Below are positions 12,442 through 25,920 of a stretch of DNA of 64,000 bases, in pieces (position 1 is the first letter of the stretch; each line of letters opens with the position of its first letter). Where the stretch lies: NCBI GenBank assembly GCA_030248215.1, contig JASANG010004046.1:62001-126000 (forward strand), given 5' to 3'. The DNA comes from Enoplolaimus lenunculus. Taxonomy: Eukaryota. The translations under genes were made by a program, and so were the position numbers. The notes under the pieces were generated by a model that saw only the letters and a list, made by a program, of their open reading frames with translations, ran no database searches and was not told where the DNA came from.

Positions 12442-12538
12442 ATTTGTTGTTACCGTTACCATCATTCAGCAATCCAGCACCATCACCAGTAAAATATGAA
12501 TCAGACTTCCGTGCGTCACTTTTTTCTGATATTGTCGC
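12442..12538 (-). CDS. PRRC2: PRRC2 exon 9 (alternative donor would end it at 12427)
   Basis: ttttcag acceptor, phase 0 to 1. ATISEKSDARKSDSYFTGDG. Two phase-1 donors (gtaaga, gtaaat) 15 nt apart. Confidence 0.75.
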
Positions 12539-12784
12539 CTGAAAAACGAAAATACAAATCAACGATTGTGATGATTCTTCTCTTGTGTTGTATATACTTA
12601 TGCTGGAAGTGGTTTTTGTACAACAATAAATTGGGCAAAGAGCCCACTTAAACGTACATATTAAACACTAAATATTAACAGAAAGAATGCCTGGAAACCT
12701 CCGCGAAAAAATGCCGAATTCAATACTGGACCACCCGACCCGAATAGTGAAAAATAACAGACTGCAATAACTAAAAGCGCTTAC

Positions 12785-13492
12785 CTTTCCACGACCAATC
12801 CTAGCTGAGCCACCACAGTGGCGCGTTGGTCCGTCCGTTCCACCCGTCCCGCCATAAGACATACAGGAGCTTGTACTATTATATCCACCGAAATAATTAT
12901 CCCCATCATCATCATCATCATCTGCATCACCTCCATCAACAGCCGAATCAGCTTCCGGTTCCGACAATGACGAGCATGTTGTTGCCGCTTGTCTGAGCTC
13001 TACCGTTCGCCGCCCGCGACGTTTTCGTAACTCACCACCATTTTCATCAATGCTCGGATTGCCTCCACTACCGGTTTCAAAATTTCGGTGCCCAGCAGCA
13101 GCACCATCACCACCATTACGACCACTAATTGATGAATCAAGAACACTTTCAATCGCTAAATTTCCGCCAAGCGTTGTTCGCAGCGCGGCAGTTGTTTTTG
13201 TTGTTGATACTACATCAGCGCAGCATGTAGTAGACGTCGTAGTAGCAACATTTACTGCTGACACCGTAAGGTGCCGAGCGGCGCCAGCGGCACCAAATCG
13301 ACGCTGTCGTGATCGTTCAATTGCGGCGTTTCGATCCGATTGCAATCGTCGTGTACGTGTTGCCTCTCGTTCGTCTTCATCAACGTCATCATCATCATCA
13401 TCCTCATCATCATCATCATAAGTCGCCGTCACAGATTGCTGTTTTGACGTTGCAGTACTACTGCTGTGACCACCGAGGCGGTCAAAGTTTTT
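12785..13492 (-). CDS. PRRC2: PRRC2 exon 8
   Basis: tttaag/gtaagc, phase 0 to 0. Acidic run, then AAIERSRQRR (family AVERARxRR motif). Confidence 0.82.
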
Positions 13493-14252
13493 CTTAAACA
13501 AAAAATTTTGTGTACTTATGTAAATTGTTAAAAAACATAATATAATAAATTGAGGCACAAAGCTACGATTTGACCGAGACTCAGTCAAATTCTTTGCAAA
13601 AAACGAAATCCGGTTTTGGCATTCAACATCGCCGAATTCAGAGTCCAGCTGAAATTCGGCACTGACAGAATTTTGTCTGCATGCAGGAATTCTAAATTTT
13701 TGGATAATCAACCTGTCCGTTTCTGCAAGATTATATTAAATTTAAATTTGAAATTTCACCATGTTTCGAGTCAGTGACAAGCAGCAAATATAATTTGCTA
13801 TTTTTACCTTATATCAAGGTGCAACCGGAATTACAATTTGACATGCCACGAAAAAATCATTTTAATGTTCTTTTTTGCAATATTATTGAAATAATTCTAG
13901 TTGGAGAAAGTATACACTTTATTTGCTGATCGTAATTTCCACCGACCAAATTTTAATACCAGAATTTTTTATTTTGGTATAAATTTACCGGAACCGGAAG
14001 GTGAAAAAATGTCGGAACCGGAATTCCGGTTGCACCTTAGTAGGCCGCAGACTATGTCAGAAAACATTTCTCTTAGCGCGTACATTAAACTTGTTGTTTC
14101 GATTCAAAACCAAGTTAAATTGGAACCCTGCTAAAAAGTACACAATAACTCTACGTCTATTAAACTATTATTTACGACAAAATCACTACGTTTAACTTTT
14201 TGTTCAAATATGCACATAGATATCCAAAAACATTAAAAGGAAAACAAATCAC

Positions 14253-15252
14253 CTCGCCAGTGTTATCGTCGTCAAAGGTATAACCTGACGGTAAGCGCTG
14301 ACTGACTGGTCGAGTCAATCGGGTATTGCGCCCCATACTGGCGCCTTCAGGTAAACCGCTATCGAACCTTGCCAAATTTATCATCGCTGATGTTTCGTCG
14401 CGAACAGCGTTTCCTGCTGATATTAACGGAACTGGAGGTGGTGGTGGCGGTATTGGTGCCGGCGGATTATTGCCTGTGAATGCGCTGCCTCCAATCGCTT
14501 TACCGCCGCGAGATCCGACGTCGCCGCAATTAGTTGCGAAGTGTTGCTGTGGCGGTAATGCCACTGGCGGCGGCAACGGTCCACCAGGATGATAATACCA
14601 TCCAGGAGGTGCGGCTGCACCGTTCATCGGCGGAGGTGGTGGCGGCGGCGGATTCGACCGCTGATGTATGGCTACCGCGCCAGCAATTCCGCAATTACCA
14701 CTAGATTGCTTTCGCATACCGCTGGCAATTGCTGCCCGAGAAGGAATTAGTGGCTGCGGCGGTGCTGTGGGCAACGGTGGTGCCGCCGGAGGAGGAGGCG
14801 GGGGCATAACTCCAAAAGGAAGCGACCGTCGCGGCTGGCCAGAGGATGCAAGGTTATTGGTGTGGTTGTGCTGCGCATGTCGACCACCACCACCCCCACG
14901 ATAACTGTAGCTGCTACCACTCCATACAGTCATACTGTCATCGAGTGATCGTTGAAAGTTGCGTTGCTGTTGAAATCCACTTGCAAAACCAATCGACTTT
15001 GATCCGCCGCTGTTGGTACCGCCTGGAGAATAGTAGCCGTAGTTACCGCCAGTGCATATATCAATACTGTAACTGTCTCGGGAGAATTGAAATCGCCGCT
15101 CGCGCATCTGATGCGCATGATAATCAGTTTGCCGCAACTGTTCTCGATCTTCGTTGTCTGAATATGTTGCCGTAAATCCTGAACGTGAAACTTGAACGTC
15201 AACGCCATCAGTCAAAGTTTGAGATCCATCGCCGCCGTATCTGCTGACGGAA
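14253..15252 (-). CDS. PRRC2: PRRC2 exon 7 (Pro/Gly-rich)
   Basis: ttttag/gtgatt, phase 2 to 0. Matches ORF 14172..15215. Confidence 0.85.
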
Positions 15253-16427
15253 CTAAAACGAACTTAGTTGACAAGCTTTTGGCAGCATAAACTAACAAGT
15301 AATTACCAGTTGTAGTAGGACTACATGTATTGAGCGAAGATCGACGAGCACACATAAGCAATTAAATTGTCTTGCAAATTAGTTATTAGCTAACTATTCA
15401 TTTATCGGTTTTGGAAGTTTGTAAACAATTTATTCAGATTCCTCACACCCAAAAACCTTCAGTATACCCTAATAATTATTGAAATAATTTAAAATGTCAT
15501 AGTTTTGTATTGTCAATTAAGCTATTATGCAAATTGCCTATTAGCTAACTATTCAAATATCGGTTTTGGAGGTTTGTACGCAAATTATTCAAATTCCTCG
15601 CACTTAAAACCGTTTAGTGCTGAAATTTATTGCTTTTAACTAGTGATGGGCATCCGATATTTTTTCATATCCGGATATCCGGCAATTCTTGCCGGATATT
15701 TATCCGGATATCCGAATATCCGAAGTGAAATAATTAGTGAAATAATTTAAAGCCCTAATTTAGGCTTATCGAGTTAGCTAATAAACAAACTAGCTTAACT
15801 ATTTAATTACCGGTTTTGGAGAGTTGTAATAAACAATTTAATCAGATTCCTCGCACCCAAAATCCCTTCACTGCTGAAATTAAGAATGTTTGTAACCCTA
15901 ATAATTAGTGAAATAATGCAAAAAGTCCTAAATTAGGCTAACACTAACTACGCAAATTAGGCTAACACTAACTACGCAAATTAGCCTGTAACTAATAAAC
16001 GGCTTAAATTTTTAATACCCCAATCGAGGTTAATACCCCAGGATAACTGGCTTCTAAACAAGAGTTTGTTAACATCGGTTAGCGGTTCCTGAGGTTCTGT
16101 TCGGACGGAAACTCAAACGGACATCCACTTTCGACCAAGGTGGTACTGAATCCACGATTTGAGCGTTTATTAGCTACAGGCTAATTTGCATAATTAAGCC
16201 TAAATTAGGACTTCCCACATTATTTCGCTAATTATTACAGTTACAAGGAATCTATATAATTTCAGCACTAAAGGGCTTTGGGGTGCGAGGAATCTTCATA
16301 GACTGTTTACAAACCTCCAAAACCGATAATTTATTAGTTAGCTAATAGATAATTTGCATATTAGCAAAGTTTATAAGCCTAAATTAGGACTTTTTACAAT
16401 ATTTCACTAATTATTAAGGTTTAAAAG

Positions 16428-18550
16428 TAGAGAAGGGCACCGGATATCCGGATGTAGGGATATGAAAAATGTCAGGATATGTATCCGAAAAGAAACGCGT
16501 ATCCGGATATCCGCCGGATATCCGAAATGCTATTGTCCAAAATTTTTTGGGAATAATTTGCATGATTTCACCACCAAAGTAGCTGGAGTTGACGAAAGAA
16601 ATTCTGTTTCCAAACCTCAGAATATCAAACCACATTCTTGCATAATTGTTCCATGATGATTTAACATCTTGATTTCTTAACTGAAACATAACAGTACTCA
16701 AAAAACTTCGGATTAGCGAGACATTTATCAGCAGAATAACAACTTCATATTTTAGTTCATCTTAAAGTTAAACCCAGCCAAGTCTTTGCATCGAACACGC
16801 ACCGTCATGTACTAAATTTATACCTGTGCGAGAAACAAAATAAACTCAAAACAATGTATTGGCCCACATAAACTTCAAAATACGGCTATTAGAATGCCAT
16901 TTTTCCAAGTGTCAGTCAGCGTAAGTAGGATATTTGTAGGATATGTTCGCAACTTCTAAACTTTTGACTAAGCAGTTGGAATAACAAGCGAGCATGTAAG
17001 CGGTCACTATGTCACCGAAATGTCGACTACACAAGCTGTCCGCCAGTAAATCGTGTACGCGAAGATAAGTACTTGTATAGTTATGCTTTCCAACGTGTAT
17101 GCTCACGGCAGGCAAGCTAGATATATTTGCACCCAGAACCAAAAAACTGAACTTCTTTACGATTTTTGTGGATACGTTTTATTTTTTCGGTGTATATTTG
17201 TAAAATTAAGAGCTACTGTCTGAAAAGGTGTTATAATTCAGTATCATATTGAACATTTCTTTTCTTACATCTTGTTGAATGAATACTGTCATGAGCTCTG
17301 TCCTGCAGCGGACTTTGCGTATGAAACGTAGTTTAGTGTTCGAACGCTTCGTCTTTTAAGTTTGAGATAAATATTAGCTAGATGGAATATATTTCCGATG
17401 ACGTCCGGCGCAGTCCGTACGTACGGCACTGTATCGTAAAGCACATCAACTTCTACGTGGAAAAAATTGGTAGTAAATTAGGGGCGCTAAACAAGTCATC
17501 TAACGCAAAAATGACGCAATTCAACTCGGCGCGTCACTTTTACACAGTAATGAAAAAATGTAATTTCTGCACTGTTGAGAATACATGTTTGTATCCACAG
17601 CAGTCCATATAAAGATAACAAAAAGTTAAAGTATATATTCAAGTTTTAAAAAGTTAAAATTTAAATGAAATCATCAGGGAAGGTTTTGAAATTGGCATCA
17701 TGCTCCGATACATTAAGACTAAGACTAGAGGGGATCTTATAGATTTGGACCAATATTAGTTTTAGCGATGTAGCAACCAAAACATATTCCTACGTTTAAA
17801 CCTCATCGAAATAAAAACATGTCTAAAATAAAACTTAAGCCTAAGGCCGAGCAAAAAAATAGTACTTAAGCCTTATCTATAACGATCTAGTGATTGATAA
17901 AATGATAAGTTACATGTCCCTGCTCCCTACCTTACAATTTTCTCCTCCGAAAATTTTTTTGGGAAAAAATTGCGTTTCAAACATTTACCATCCCTCCCCG
18001 TCAGAAATTTCTGTATTGCCGCTGTAAGCGGGGCACCACTAAAAATAACTTGAGGTGATGTTATGTTTCAATGTGGTCCATTCTTCTTGGAACGAAAAAC
18101 GACTCATGTATACATAGTTCGAGGGAAGGGTGACATTCGATGGAATCTCTGTTGCAGCTGTTTAAATCAGGCGGAGGACAAGCAAATCAATTCAATTTCA
18201 GGTTGACAACGCAAGTATTCAGTAGTTTTTAGCAAACTTCAAAACCGAATACCCATAACTATTGAAGCACTTGCTAAATAAATGACAATTTTTAGAATTA
18301 TATCCCTTACGCTCATAACAATCAGTTTGTGGGTCAGCGCGCATCCTTTAGAAAAAGAAGTTAAAGCAAGTGCTTATGTTAAGAAACGAAAATTGAGGTT
18401 TGGAAACCAAAAAAATGCAAAATCGAGTTTCGGATATCCGAAATGGAAAATTTCATTTCGGGTATCCGGATATATACGGATATCCGGATAAATGTCCGGC
18501 AAGAATTGCCGGATATCCGGATATGAAAAAATATCGGATGCCCATCACTA
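16428..18550. mobile_element. 2.1-kb non-autonomous hAT-type element
   Basis: TIR TAGAGAAGGGCA/TGCCCATCACTA, TSD TTTAAAAG/GTTAAAAG, subterminal atccgg repeats. Interrupts a HINE repeat unit. Confidence 0.7.
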
Positions 18551-19040
18551 GTTAAAAGCAATAAATTTCAGCACTAAACGGTTTTAAGTGCGAGGAATTT
18601 GAATAATTTGCGTACAAACCTCCAAAACCGATATTTGAATAGTTAGCTAATAGGCAATTTGCATAATAGCTTAATTGACAATACAAAACTATGACATTTT
18701 AAATTATTTCAATAATTATTAGGGTATACTGAAGGTTTTTGGGTGCGAGGAATCTGAATAAATTGTTTACTAACCTCCAAAACCGATAATAGAATAGTTA
18801 GCTAATAGGTAATTTGCATATTAGCTTAATTGACAGGACAAAATTAGGACTTTTTAAATTATTTCAATAACTATTAGGTTCACTAAAGGTTTTAGGGTGC
18901 GAGGAATCTGAATAAATTGTTTACAAACGTCTAAAACCGATAATTGAGTAGTTAGCTAATAGATAATTTGCATATAAGCAGAACTGATAAGCATAACTTA
19001 GGCGTTTTTGCAATATTTCACTAATTATTACGGTTACAAG

Positions 19041-19400
19041 CAGGGTGCAACCGGAATTCCGGTTCCGGTTCCGGCATTTTTTCACCTTCCGGTTCCGGTA
19101 AATTTTTACCGGATTTAAAAATTCCGGTATTATAATTTGGCCGTTTTTGAAAGCCACTTGTACTCCGAATATAAGCCATTAATGGTGGATTTCACTTCAG
19201 TCGATGATGAAAATCTAAAATACAACAAATAAAATAAATACCTATGTTCGACTAAGGTTATTTCACAAATAATATAGCAAAAAATAAGATTAAAATGAAA
19301 TTTTTGGTGAAATGCATTTTTCACTTTCCGGTTCCGGTTCCGGTAAAATTTTCAAATTCCGGTTCCGGTTCCGGTAAATTGTAATTCCGGTTGCACCCTG
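19041..19400. mobile_element. hAT MITE (ccggaa family)
   Basis: TIRs as above, perfect TSD GTTACAAG. Confidence 0.9.
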
Positions 19401-19904
19401 GTTACAAGCAATTTAATTTCAGCATTAATGGGTTTTTTGAGCGAGGAATCGGAATAATATGTCTACAAACCTTCAAAACCGATTATCGAATAGTTAGCTA
19501 ATAGCTAATTTGCATATCTGCTTAATTGATAAGCCAAAATAATGGTTTTTTAAATTATGTATGAAATTATTAGGGTTACAGAAGGGTTTTTGATTGCGAA
19601 AAATCTATAAAATACAAACTTCGCTCAAAAACCTGTCTATGAGTATTTATGTAACACACACGTAGCAGTTAACATGATTTAATAAACAAAACATATTCTT
19701 ATTATTCGTATTACGGTTAAATTTAAATGTATTCAAGATCCTAACTAAAAACAAACGCATGCGTACAAAGTGCCGATTCCGACTGAACTTCCAATCAGAA
19801 TCGAAAGTTATTTTGAACTGGAATTCTAACAGCAGTCAGAATTGAATTCGATTTCCAGTTTCCATTTCACCCTATACTTCATATATGTATACGTAACGTA
19901 TACC

Positions 19905-20284
19905 AGGGTGCAACCGGAGTTACGGTTCCGGCACTGTTTACCTTCCGGTTCCGGTAAATTTTTACCCGAATTAAAATTAAAAATTCCAGTATTAAAACTT
20001 TATCGGTGGAAATCAAGACATTTTACAAAAAAATAACGATAAAACTAAATAGATTTCATTAGTATAGTATACAAACCTTGACAATCGCCGAAAATAAACC
20101 ATCGCAGGTAGATTTTGCTTCCGTGGAATGTGAAAATATAGAATACAGCAGATAAAGTGGACACCTATCTCTAACTGAGGTTATTTCACCAATAATAGAT
20201 CAAAAACAAAATTAAAATGAATTGTTCAGTGGCATATATTTTCCATTTTCGGTTCCGGTAAATTGTAACTCCGGTTGCACCATG
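19905..20284. mobile_element. hAT MITE (older ccggaa subfamily)
   Basis: TIR CAGGGTGCAACC/GGTTGCACCATG, TSD ACGTATAC. Confidence 0.8.
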
Positions 20285-20666
20285 ACGTATACATTATTAT
20301 ACAAGCGTTCCAACAGGAACATTTCATAGGGAACAGGAAAAGGAACAAGAATTAAATTCTTTGATGAAGCAGGAATTGCAAAGATACTATGTCACTCAAT
20401 TAGCCGTTTTGTGTATTCAATAGCTAGTTTTCCAAGTTCTACAGGTTACCTGAGGAATTTTGAAAACCAAACTTAAGTTGCGAAAATAATCTGTCTTGCC
20501 TTGCGGAAAACTTTCCAGATAACTTTCATTTTTAGATCATGCTTTATAGTAACAAATCCGTAAAAATTCTTCTTATATACTACGTCTCTGAATGCCGGGA
20601 CAGGAGCTAAATTTTAAAGGAATTTCGGTGGAACCATGATATACACTAATTAGGAGTATAACGTAC

Positions 20667-20720
20667 CTTCGAAAACGAGGCTCGGTACTCATATCGTCAT
20701 CACTCCAAACTGTTCGTCTG
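20667..20720 (-). CDS. PRRC2: PRRC2 exon 6 (54 nt, symmetric)
   Basis: ttttag/gtacgt, phase 2 to 2. RRTVWSDDDMSTEPRFR. Confidence 0.7.
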
Positions 20721-20880
20721 CTAAAATATATACGTATGACGTATATACTGTATGAGGCCAACATAAACAAACTATTTGACTAAGTCAAATCTGTAGACAC
20801 CACAAGGTAAACCAATCTATGCAGCTAAAACAAACTTTGAAGTAGATAGATGTGTTTTAGCGCCGCAAACACAAAACTGA

Positions 20881-21703
20881 TTGTGAGCGAAGCTCGGAGT
20901 TTCGCGAAGCGTTTTATATTTTGTGCGCGGGGGTTTAAAAGTGGACGTCCGTCCGTCTGTCCGTCCGAAAATAATCTCAGAAACCGCTGAACCGATTTTG
21001 ATTAACTTTTCTTACTTGAAAGCTTTTTATCCTGGGGTGTTAACCTCGCATTTGAGATTTTAAAACTGTACACTTTTATTAGCTACAAGCTAATTTGCAA
21101 AATTGGTTAAGCCTAAATTAGTACTTTTTACTGTATTTCACTAATTATTAGTTACAAGCATTCTAATTTCAACACCAACGGGTTTCTAGGGACGGTAAAT
21201 CAAAACAAAATGGTTACAAACCTCCAAAACCGATAATTGAATAGTTAGCTAATAGCTAATTTGCATATTAGCTTGGTAATGAGCCTAAATTAGAACTTTC
21301 GAAATTATTTCACTGATTATTTGGGGTACTGAAGGCGTTATTGGTGCGAGCAATAGGAATGAATTGCAACCCTCCAAGGACGATATTTAAACAGTTAGCT
21401 AATAGGTAATGCGCATAATAGATTAATTAGTTAAGCTAAAATTAGGACTTTTCATATTTCACTGCTTATTAGGGTTAAAAGCAATAAAATTCAGTACAAA
21501 CGGGTTATTGGGTGTGAGAAATCTAAACAAATCGTTTATAAACCTCCAAGACTGATTACTGAATAAATAGCTAATCAAGTAATTTGCTTATTAACTTAAT
21601 TAGTTAAGCCTAAATTAGGACTTTTTACAATATTTCACAATTTACAATATTTCACAATTATGTCCGAGCTTTGTTCAATACATGTTGTTCTACTACGACT
21701 GGT
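20881..21703 (+). mobile_element. DINE-1/HINE-like (Helentron-associated) element
   Basis: Subterminal gagcgaagctcg IR, GTCY microsatellite followed by atctcagaaaccgctgaaccgatttt core, central tandem repeats and a degenerate 3' hairpin. Confidence 0.75.
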
Positions 21704-22172
21704 GTATAAGAACAATGTCTGAAATTTGAAACATTTATACCTGATATCATACTCTCGACACATCCTTTATTACAGAGGTTAAATTCTAAAACCTTCTTGA
21801 AATATTACAGAGGTTAAATTCTAAAACCTTCTTGAAATATACGTCTTGAATTTTTGTCACTTAGTTACAAATTCGCCACAATATCTCACAAACGAATTGT
21901 TGTTTAGCTTTACAGCACCAGAAATCATCACCAATTTGTTCATGCCACGTTTTGAAAAATTGTTGCTAGCCAACAGACACCCAAATCAATATAATACTTA
22001 ATACAAATTATCCGTATCACAAAATTTATCATTCCGATTCCGCTTCCGACATAAATCTGATGTTCCGATTTAGTCAGTAAATACCGTTTGGTCTGGTTAA
22101 AAAGATTTTTCAGAAAGATTTGCCGAGGTGTCAAATTGTCTGCGTCATTTGTATTTACGTCCAACAACTCAC

Positions 22173-23946
22173 TTCATCCACTGACCACCGCCGTATCCAG
22201 ACTGCGAACTAGGAGCAAATCCATTCTCACCACGAACTCTTTGTTGCTGTTGCCAATATTCGTTCAAAGGTGGTGCCGCTGAAGCCGACGACGCAAAATA
22301 TGGTTTTCCACTACTAGCCCCCCCACAAGTGGTTGTTGAAGAATTTGGCCCTGGAGCCGTTATCAATGAGGATGAAATCCCGGAGCCAGTCGATCCCGAG
22401 GAGGAAGGAATAAATCGACGAGAAGCAACTTGATTCGGTTGAGGACCAGTTGGCTGCGGTTGCTGTTGAGAGTCTAAAGACGACACTGCCGTGACCATTT
22501 CTCCGACCGAAGCTCTGTGTTGAGAATGATGAAATTCATGCGGCTGCGGCCGGTGCTGTTTTTGTTGCTGAGGTTCTCGAAACTGTGGAACCGCTGTCGG
22601 TGGCCACATCGCCTGCTGAACATAATTCGGTGCGGTGGCAGCCGTAACAGAAACTGCAACAAATTCCCGCTTCCCGACATGAAGTTCGTTTTCGTTTTTT
22701 CCAAATGTCCCAGTATCTCCTCTGTCTTCTATGCCACCAACTGTTGATTCTTGATATGATGCAGATGCTGAACGCGGAGGGACTTTTCCTTCTCCATGTC
22801 TTCCAGATACAACCCCTGCAGATTGAAATTGATACGCGGCGTTTTGTTGTTGAAATGTTTGATAACTCGGTTGGTCTGTAAATCCTAGCACCGACTGCGT
22901 TTGTTTTTCTTCGCTGTTGCCACCGATTTGTACCGGTATCGCTGCATTGCTCGCAAAATTCGGAGCCACTGACATTGGCTGTGGCACCGGCATAGCGCTG
23001 GATCCAGGTATAGCAGCAGGTGGCACACCAACACCGCCATATTGATTGTCCGATTGCACAAAATTGCCTCGATCTTGAAAGCATGAGTGTTGTGAGGGTG
23101 GAGGCAGATGCAGATGCGACCGCTGACTCTGGTGTGGGACTGGCTGTGGTTGTACTACTGCTGTTGGCGGAGATGTCATTATCGGCGGAGTACTGATATC
23201 TGCCATTACAGGCGCTACAGGATATTGTTGCTGGTCGTTTTGAGGTTGCTTTAACTCTAATCCACCTGTAGTAGTCAGCCTGCCATCGCTGTTTTTGCCG
23301 GCTCCGAAGCCGACATCTCCACCAACCGCTAAAGGAGCAACAGGGGAATAACTGTTTTGAATCTGATATTGTTGTTGTTGCTGGTGAATCACAGTTGTCG
23401 CTCCAGATGAATCGAGTGGCGTTAGTTGTTGCTGTTGTTGAGTATTGTTGTTGATGCTGTTGAAATACTGCCCTGCAGCGCCTACGCCAACTGACGCAGC
23501 ATGGTGTATAGAGTTTCCAGCCGCCATAAGATTTGTACCGACAGTCTGTTGCTGCGGTCGTGGTGGTGGTGGGCGTTGAAGGTATTGCATGTGTTGTTGT
23601 GGTTGTTGCAGTACTATGTAGGAGTTCTTTGAAGCTTCGTTCATTTCTACGGCATCTTGTGAAATTACAGCTGCAGCTGAATGATGACGATGATGAAATT
23701 CGCTGTTTAATGCTAAAATGTGTTGCTGCGATTTTTGTTGTGTCACTGCAGATTGCACAGTTGTAGACGGGGTTGTCAGCAGCGCTGTGTTGCAGCCCCC
23801 GCCTGCGACTGTCGATATAGCTCCTTCTGCACCAACAATACCAGCTCCGCTTCCATTCGACGGCAACGACTCGCCTCCTGAAGCGGCAACGGCTACAGTA
23901 GCAGTGGTTTGACGTGATCCGCCTCCGCTTTTCCATTTTTCGATAT
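22173..23946 (-). CDS. PRRC2: PRRC2 exon 5 (Q/P-rich low complexity)
   Basis: ctttag/gtgag, phase 1 to 2. Begins NIEKWKSGGG (family WxxGGG motif); 1774 nt open. Confidence 0.88.
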
Positions 23947-24694
23947 CTAAAGCTATCCATAAAACATATGTTTAATAGAATCACTAACAGCGACAGTAAT
24001 AGCTATATATTTCCAAAACTAACAAAACACCTTATTGCTGTTCCGCGAATCAGCATAAGCTTTAATGAACAAAAAGGATGCTCGACACAAAAAGCAGCAC
24101 GATTAAACTGCCAGGAAAGTATGAAAGAACAAAGTATTGCGCTTTTCTACAATAATCAAAATTGTAATTTATTTGTTAGCTTCACTTAACAAAAATGTGC
24201 GGTGTTAGCAAAAACCGAGACCCATTACAGAACTCAACACATGTAAAACAGCGATAAAAATTATCACTTTGGTGTATCGTGCATATAAGAAATTTTTGGA
24301 CAGTTTCTGACTTGCCAACGCCAAAATTCATATCTAATAGCAACAAATGCAATAGTCATGTGTTAATTGTGAATGTTGAGTAGAAAAATGGGAAATTGTT
24401 TTCCTCTGGTCTCACTTTGAAACCTACCGAGACTAAGAAAAACGAGACCTAGAACAGCCAAATACCGATACTGCACATCACGCACCATAAAACGTGTGAA
24501 TGTTTTCACTCATGTTAAACCGAGGCTCACAAAAAATGGTGATACGGTGGGGTTAACGAGTGTACCAATTTAGAATTGTATATCAATACAATAACCCCAA
24601 CACCAGTACAAATCGATCGCAACCACTCAAAACTTATTGCGAACGGCACATAAAGATACCTACGTACACGACAAATTGAAAACTGCAAACTCAC

Positions 24695-25130
24695 TTTTCG
24701 GTTTCAAACTGGTTGACAGAGCAGTTGATGCAGAAGCACCACCCTTTGTTGACGAAGACTGTCCACGTGACGGCGCACTTGCAGTCCCAAGCGCTGCCAA
24801 CCGATTTCGTTGTTGTTGTTGATGATGATGATGCTGTTGGTGAACACCGGTTTGTTGCAGACCTGTGGCAGCAGAAACCGAAACTCTGTCTGCGTTTATA
24901 TTCTTGTTTGCATCGACTACAGCACCCAACTGTGGAAATTCTTCTACTGCTGCTAGAGTCCCACCCTGTTGGATTACGGCAGACGGTCGTACTTGCTGCG
25001 GTTGCTGATTGTGCAAGTACGACTGGGTATCGCCAGCTACACCGCAGTCGCCAACTTCGACAGAACCATTTATGTCGCGAAGTAGATGGTTGCTGTTCGT
25101 TGAGCCTGCGGTTATGCTGCTGGGACAAAC
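24695..25130 (-). CDS. PRRC2: PRRC2 exon 4
   Basis: ttgtag/gtgag, phase 0 to 1. Contains EEFPQLG and SLKPK (family EEFPxL and SLRP motifs). Confidence 0.88.
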
Positions 25131-25781
25131 CTACAATATACAAACATTACGTATATTTAAGTTTTAGGAGCCACTAAACGCGGGTGTAACTGGATGACCA
25201 GGACAAGAATTTCAAATATATTGCACTACCGACTTACTGTTAATTGACCGTAATTCAAAATAAGATATAGTGTTTGTCAACTGTTTTGCATTTTCGTTAG
25301 TCAGTTTTCCAAGTTTTACAAAAATATTTACTGAATAAAAATTAATTGTTAACTTGATTTATTTTATTTCTGTAAGTTAAAACTACTACAGCTTTTTTAC
25401 TTGCTTAAGGCAGCTTTATGGCATGGAATGCCATAGCCGTAAATATGCCGTATCCGGTAGAATTATTTCACATATATGCCGCACATGAATTTCATTTTCT
25501 GGTCGCACCTTGCTGTATGCGCTTACTAAATTGAGGTGGCACAATTAATCACAACTCACTCACATGTTTGTTTTGCGCATAAGATTGCGTAGCAGGTTTG
25601 CGAAGTCGACAGGCCAAAGTGGTACATATTTAATTTTATATACACAACACTTTTATATAAATGAAGGTGATTTTGAAAGTTAAGTTTCGGATACGGAATT
25701 GAATTCGGCAAATCGCAACGGGTTTGGAATCGGCTAAACCTTTGGTTCAGCACTACGTACCATGAGTTAACTGAGACAAAC

Positions 25782-25920
25782 CTTGCATGTTACATCCTGT
25801 GTCGTCGTTCGCAGTGATTGAAGCGAGGGATCCGCAACTCCTGAACCCGCCCATCCTGCACTAGTTGTGGAAACTGAATTTGGGGCTACTTTGTCACTCG
25901 AAGCAACTAGGTTGGTTGTG
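25782..25920 (-). CDS. PRRC2: PRRC2 exon 3
   Basis: ttttag acceptor, phase 2 to 0. TTNLVASS...SAGWAGSG carries the LV..GW motif of BAT2_N. Donor AAG/gtttgt lies before an in-frame stop. Confidence 0.8.

Larger units (their letters stand above)
15305..19625. mobile_element. Composite of DINE/HINE-like copies in both orientations with nested hAT elements
   Basis: ~120-bp tandem units (agttagctaata...ctccaaaaccgata) shared with 20881-21703 and 37264-38219. Confidence 0.7.

Noticed and set aside
21768..21837. Perfect 35-bp tandem duplication
   Set aside because: Real, but an ordinary slippage event in an intron.
21855..21935. Third C/D snoRNA (minus-strand GTGATGA)
   Set aside because: No CTGA at a suitable distance, weak terminal stem and no recognisable rRNA guide. 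The same applies to candidates at ~1330-1430 and ~47523-47621.
22536..23984. 482-aa alternative-frame ORF overlapping PRRC2 exon 5
   Set aside because: Shadow frame of a CAA/GC-rich exon; the other frame carries the family motifs and correct splice phases.
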